In this document: positions 57,137-64,000 of the stretch, in pieces | Layout of the letters: each line of letters starts with the position of its first letter | Position numbering within the stretch: the first letter of the stretch is position 1 | Assembly (NCBI RefSeq): GCF_009914755.1 | Contig: NC_060936.1 | Length of the DNA stretch: 64,000 bases | Source: the human T2T-CHM13v2.0 reference genome, Homo sapiens | Strand: one strand, 5' to 3' | Notes under the pieces: generated by a model | Database searches by the model: none | What the model was told of the DNA's origin: nothing | What the model saw: the letters and a program-made list of their open reading frames with translations, nothing else | Position numbers and translations under genes: made by a program

Positions 57137-60100
57137 TCATCTCCCACCATTCAGCCTCCCAGCCATGCTGAGCACCTCTCACTTCCTTCGCACATGCTAT
57201 TCCCCGGTTTCTCTGAGGACCTGTCCTGACTGTTCCTGTCTCTCTCTTGTGAGTTCTCATAGCTGCTCATACTTGTCCTTCAGGGGACTTATGATGATTA
57301 TGGCAATTTGCATGATTTTTTAAACAATGTCCGATCTCTCACTTGAACGCCAGCTCCATGAGGGCAGTGATCTTGTTGTTTTGCTACCGTTGGATCCTCA
57401 CTGTCTACTTGGCACATAGTAGGTACTCTATACATGTTTGTCAAGTGAGTGAATAGCCCATCTGCCTCCACTGGGATGGCAAGGCCAGACCACGTTGGGA
57501 ACCTGCTTCTCACCACCTCCAGAGGCCATCCATTGGTGCCCAGAGGAAGGGACATACTCCTGGTGCCTCTGGGAGTATCCTGGGAATTGGGATGTGCCCA
57601 CCTGACTTCACTGAGTAACCAACAACTCACCTTAAGCACCCAGCCTGGTGATGGATGTTCCCAGGATGTCAGGTGTGAGTCGTCATCATAAAGTTAATCA
57701 GGCATGTAAAGACATAGTAGTGAGTGTCAGCCACTTACAGGGTTCAGCTAATTGGGCACTTAATGTGAGAGAAAGGGATGGAGACATTAGATAGGTAAAC
57801 AAAACCAGGCAGGCAAATAACACCAGGCAGCCAATGCAGACAGGGTCTACTCTTAGTCATCAAGGGTCCTTCCATTTCAAAAAAAAGAGGAGAAATCTCA
57901 ATGTTTCTGTCTCAGGATCTGAGAATCCGGAATGCTGCACATGAGAGGAAACTTGAGCTGCAGCTCATCTAACCCCTCTTATTAGAAGAGGTTTTTTCAA
58001 GGTCATTGACTGGAAAAGAGGTAGGATTCAAACCCGTGGCTTTTAACCATCGGCCACATGATCTTCAAAAATGCACTTTCTTCTCTGATGTAAAAATAAT
58101 ACATGTTCATTTTAAGAAAGTCAAGAAAGTATAGAGGAGTCCAGCTAGTTGGGTGCATTAAAGAGGGAAGTAAAAATTACCCATAACCCCTCACTGCCTG
58201 GTGATTATCGCTGTGAATATCTTGGTGTGTTTCCTTCCTGATGTATATATACATATTTGAGTGCACACAATGGAGATATTCAGGTGAGCATGTTTCAAAC
58301 CCAAACTCACACCCTGTTCACAATCCTGCACTCTGGGTTTTTGCTTTTTCCCCAGTTAACACAGCAAGAAGAGTGTGTTTCCATGGGATGTGTCTCACCA
58401 CCTCCTTTCCTGTTTCTTAAAGTGTAGCCAGGAATTCACCAGCAGATTCAAACAGGGAGCCGCTTTAAAATGCAGGTTCCTAGGCCTCCCCCAACCCCAT
58501 AGAATTATTCTCTGAATATTGAACATTCTCCCCAGCTGATCTAAATAGACCATACATTTTGGGAACATTCCCCCCACACAGTGGCTCTCAACAGGACTTC
58601 ATGCTTAAATTCTGATATCCAGGCAGAATTAGATCCATAGCTGAGAAGGTTTAGAGTCAGGGCCGGGCACTGGCGTTTTTCTTAACACTGGCTGATTGAC
58701 ATGCAGTGAGGGTAGAGAGCGTCTCCCATACACATCTAGGGCTTCCCTGCCAAGACTGGTAAAAACACATCTTTCTTCTGGGGTGAAGATGCTGAAACCC
58801 ACTTGTGACACATGGTCCACCATGACCCAATTTTGACTTGGCTTTTTGCAAAGTTTTATTTCCTAGTTTAAAGTCTTAAGCTGTTGGGGTCTTCCATGTT
58901 GTGGCTCCAGCATTTGAGCTGCAGGCAGGCTGCAGGAAGCTCCCTGCTCATTCTCAGTCTTCTCAGGGAGAAGGAAGATCTGCGTGTCCCCACCTCACAC
59001 GCATCCTCTTTATTGGTCTGTGTTAAATTCATGGATAATGAGGGTCCCTGAGCTGAGACATCTGAGTAATGATCTTAATTCTGTTGCATTTCTGTGCCAT
59101 TTGCTGCTGCTGATAGGAGCTAATGAGACACTCCCTGAATAACGTGTGTTCATGAGGCCTTTTGGCGTCCAGGAGTTAATGGTGAAAGGAGCAGGCAATA
59201 GGTGGGGAGGCTGCAGTGTGGGTTTGCAAGTGACGGGCAAGTCCACAGCCTTCATTTTCCAGGAAGAGGCAGAAAACCCTTTTAAGTTTCCTTAAAGCAC
59301 ACTGCGGTTTAGAATTGGATTTGTCCCACGCCCTCTTCCTGAGCTGCTTTGGCAAAGCTCAACATGAGGCAGGAGGCTGTGGGGATTCGTGGAAAGCAAA
59401 GATGATTGACTGAAGCAGAGAACTAGATTCTAGCTGTGGCTGAGTGACCCAGGCAAGCGGCCCACTCTCTCTGTGTTCTGAGACCCCCAATGGTAGAGTG
59501 AGAAGAACACAATCTATTTTCTGACTAAGGCAGTTGATGAAGGTGAAAATAGTTGGGAGCAACTGTGTATAAGAAAAATGTCCCCATGCAACTGCCATCC
59601 CCCGCCTCCATGAGCCCACTTCGTTGTCTCATAAAATTTTATAATTCTATGGCATTGAAAGGCATCCTGATGTTTAACAGCTCTAGTCAACTTCAAACTG
59701 TTTTTTTAAAACCCTGGAACCAACTTTCCAAAGGAAATCTAATTCAACAGTCCAAACAAACAAAAGAGATCAATGCAGACATGCTCTGTATGGAATGAGG
59801 TGTGGTAACCCCTCAAATTCTCTCCCACCATGCTGCCACAGAGGTTGGCCCCTGAACTGGCTCTATGAAACCCTCGGGGTACCATGAAGCACAGTTTGAC
59901 AACCACCAATGCAACCCAATGCCTCCTATTTTCCAGATGAGCAAATTGAAGTCCAGAGAGGCAAAAGTCCAGGCTAAAATCAAGATTTGTCAACCGCATG
60001 TTGAGGGTTCTTTGGGGAAACACAGTGATGGAGCATTGGTTGGGTATCTTGTCCCAACCTCGGGCAGTGAGAGGTAGATGGGCTAGAACCAGCCAGGGTA

Positions 60101-60438
60101 ACTGCATATGTGCAGCTTGGTGCTTGCTAATGATTCAAGGGCCCTTGGTGAGGGAAAGGCAGGGAAATCGAGCAGGGTGGAGGTTGGCCTGTTCAAGGCG
60201 ATCCCCGTGGCTGTACATGGCACGTGGCTGTGTGCACAGCAGCATGGTGTAGCAGCTGAGAACAGGGACTTGGGAGCCGACTGCCTGGGTCTGAGTCCCA
60301 GCTTTCACCACTTCTTAGCTGTGTAACTGGCATAAACCACTTAATCTTTCTGTGTCTCAGTTTTCTCATGTAGTAAATGGAAACAAAAGTAATCCTTAGC
60401 TTCTAGTGTAACTGGGAGGAGTCATTAAGAATATCCCC

Positions 60439-61165
<727 letters not shown>

Positions 61166-61821
61166 AAGCTGTGCCTGGTACATAGTAAGTGCTCAGTAAA
61201 CACCAGCTACTATTACAGGAGTTCTGAGACTATGGACTGGGAGCTTGTTCCTGCTTCCTGCCCCCTCCAATCATCCTATAGAAATAACTTCTAGGGAAGA
61301 TGGGGTGGGTGGGGGGAAAATGAGGAAGAATTGAGAAGAGCGTGCTGCCTTCAGCTCTGTGCATGGTGCCTCCTCAAGCGGTTCTGTGCAATCTGGGTCA
61401 CAGCGGAGGCTCCAGAGCCTGCAGGCTGCCTTTGGCTCTTCCCTGGGCAGGGCAGCACCTCTCTCGAATGGAACACAAAGGGATAAGCTGCTATTTATGG
61501 CATTGTAACTCAGAGCACTCTGAGGGTGTGGCAGGAGCAACGAGGGCCGTGGGGAGAGTCAGCATTAAGTGCCTGCCAGGCAGGGCTACCAGGGGCCCTC
61601 TGGGCGCTGTGACGCCCAAGTCCCTCCCATCGGCTCTCCCCTGCCATGTATGTACACAGCTGGGACCCAGTCCATGGAGGGGTGGGTGGGGTCCAGCTCT
61701 ATCTGGGTTCACTGGCTGTGTGTCTGGAGGGAGTCCTCATTTGAGGGATGGGCAAGGAGATGACTTCAAGCTGGTGGGAAGTGACCCCCCCAAAAAAAAA
61801 CCCGAAGTGGAAACAGGATAC

Positions 61822-61992
61822 CACAGTTGTCATTCAGTGTGTGGTCTGAAACCAGTGGCATCATGTGCCACCACCTGGGAGCTTTCTAGAAATGTAGCAC
61901 CTCAGGCCCCACCTCAGACCTGGTGTTTCAGAATCTGCATTTTAACAGATCCCCGTGTCATCTGCGTGCATATTAAACTTAAGAAGTGCTAG
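61822..61992. mobile_element. MER5A-like DNA transposon
   Basis: cacctgggagctttctagaaatg...tcagaatctgcattttaacagatcccc. Confidence 0.7.
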
Positions 61993-62325
<333 letters not shown>

Positions 62326-62877
62326 ATGGGTTCTAGTTTTGGCTCTGCCACTTCCTAGCTGTGTGACCTTGGGTAAGTCATTTAACTTCCCTGTGCCACT
62401 TTCTTCACCTGTAAAATGGCATAAATAGTAGTGCCTCCCTCCTGGAAGTGGGTGGCAATGCACTTCATGCCATGCTAAGCATATAGTGAGTATCACTGAA
62501 GTGTAAGCTGTTATTATGCATGACTTGACACTCAATGTGCTTACTTTTGCTAGATATATGTGTGGGGAGTGAGCTGCTCTCGTTCATTCATTGATTTAAC
62601 TAGCATATACAAATCCTCACTACAGCCTAGGCACTGATCCAGCACTGGGCACACAGCAGGGAACAGAACAGACAAGGTGCCTGGCCCCGGGGAACTCATA
62701 GCCCAGCAACAAACCAGAGATTGTTTCACAATCAGCTAATTATTTAATGCAGATAATCCCTATAGTTAATTCCAAAGGTGCTATGAGGAAGTACCAGGTT
62801 GCTAGTAGAGTGAATAAAATTGGTAGTCAGAGGAGGCTCTCAAGAGGGAGTGCTATTCTAAAGAATGAGGACACTCA

Positions 62878-63314
<437 letters not shown>

Positions 63315-64000
63315 TCAGTGTAACTAGAGCAATGATTCTCAAAACCATTCTTGAGCATGCATCAGGATACCTTGGAGGACTTATAAAATACAGATTGCTG
63401 GATCTCTATCCAGCCAAATTAGAATCATTTAGCTTCCAGGACATTCATTTTCAAAGGGGAGTCTTCCTGCGTTCTGTTCACCCTCTACCCTTTCCTTAAA
63501 CTGTCTGTACTTGACAATTTCAGGGCAGAATTTCTAATTCAGTTGGGCTGGGGTGGAGCCAAAGAATTCGGTTGGGTCATTGAATGTCAGGAGAGGAGGG
63601 GGTCAAGGAAGACCCCCCTGCCACGGGGTTTCTGGTTTGAGCAAGTATGTAGATGGTGGTGACATTTCCCAAGACTGGGAAGCAGGTTTGCTAGAGCTGG
63701 AGATGGAGAGTAGCCAAGATGAAAAGTTGAGTTTGAAAGGGTAAGTTTGAGATGCCTATGAAGACATCCAAGTAAAGGCATGATGGAGACAGATAAATAG
63801 ACCTAAATAAATTTAACGCTCAGAAGGCAGTTTCTGGGAGGAGGTGACAGAAGATAGAAAGGACTAGATAAGGTTCTTAATCCAAAGTCAGTAGAATAGA
63901 TGGGACTTTGAGGGGTGTGGGAGGGAGGTCTTTGGTATTCTGAAAATGCGTCAGAATTTTATGTGCATGTGCCTTTTCTTGGGGAAGAGTTCACAACTGT

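Noticed and set aside
61342-61992. Longest ORF in the track (216 aa)
   Set aside because: GTG start, no recognisable domain, and the C-terminus runs through a MER5A remnant; consistent with a chance ORF in GC-richer intron.

Overview
Primate (apparently human) genomic DNA lying entirely inside the RPH3A (rabphilin-3A) gene on the + strand. Three coding exons can be read and spliced in frame: the ATG-bearing exon (26928-27016), a 12-nt microexon (35198-35209) and a 147-nt exon (46404-46550). Together they give [77 protein letters not shown], the rabphilin N-terminus and the start of the Rab-binding helix. The supplied ORF track misses all three exons, and its ORFs appear to be repeat-derived or spurious. 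The rest is intron, dense with Alu, L1, L2, MIR, CR1, MLT/LTR and MER DNA-transposon remnants plus microsatellites. The most notable items are: the frame-preserving microexon with an SRRM3/4-type UGC motif, RBFOX motifs and bracketing inverted Alus; a near-consensus RE1/REST site; a near-perfect 28-bp pre-miRNA-sized hairpin; template-switch-like micro-rearrangements; a sense L1 poly(A) signal just upstream of the first coding exon; and several non-repetitive enhancer-like blocks. I found no convincing wholly novel system. Repeat subfamily calls and most repeat boundaries are by eye and approximate.
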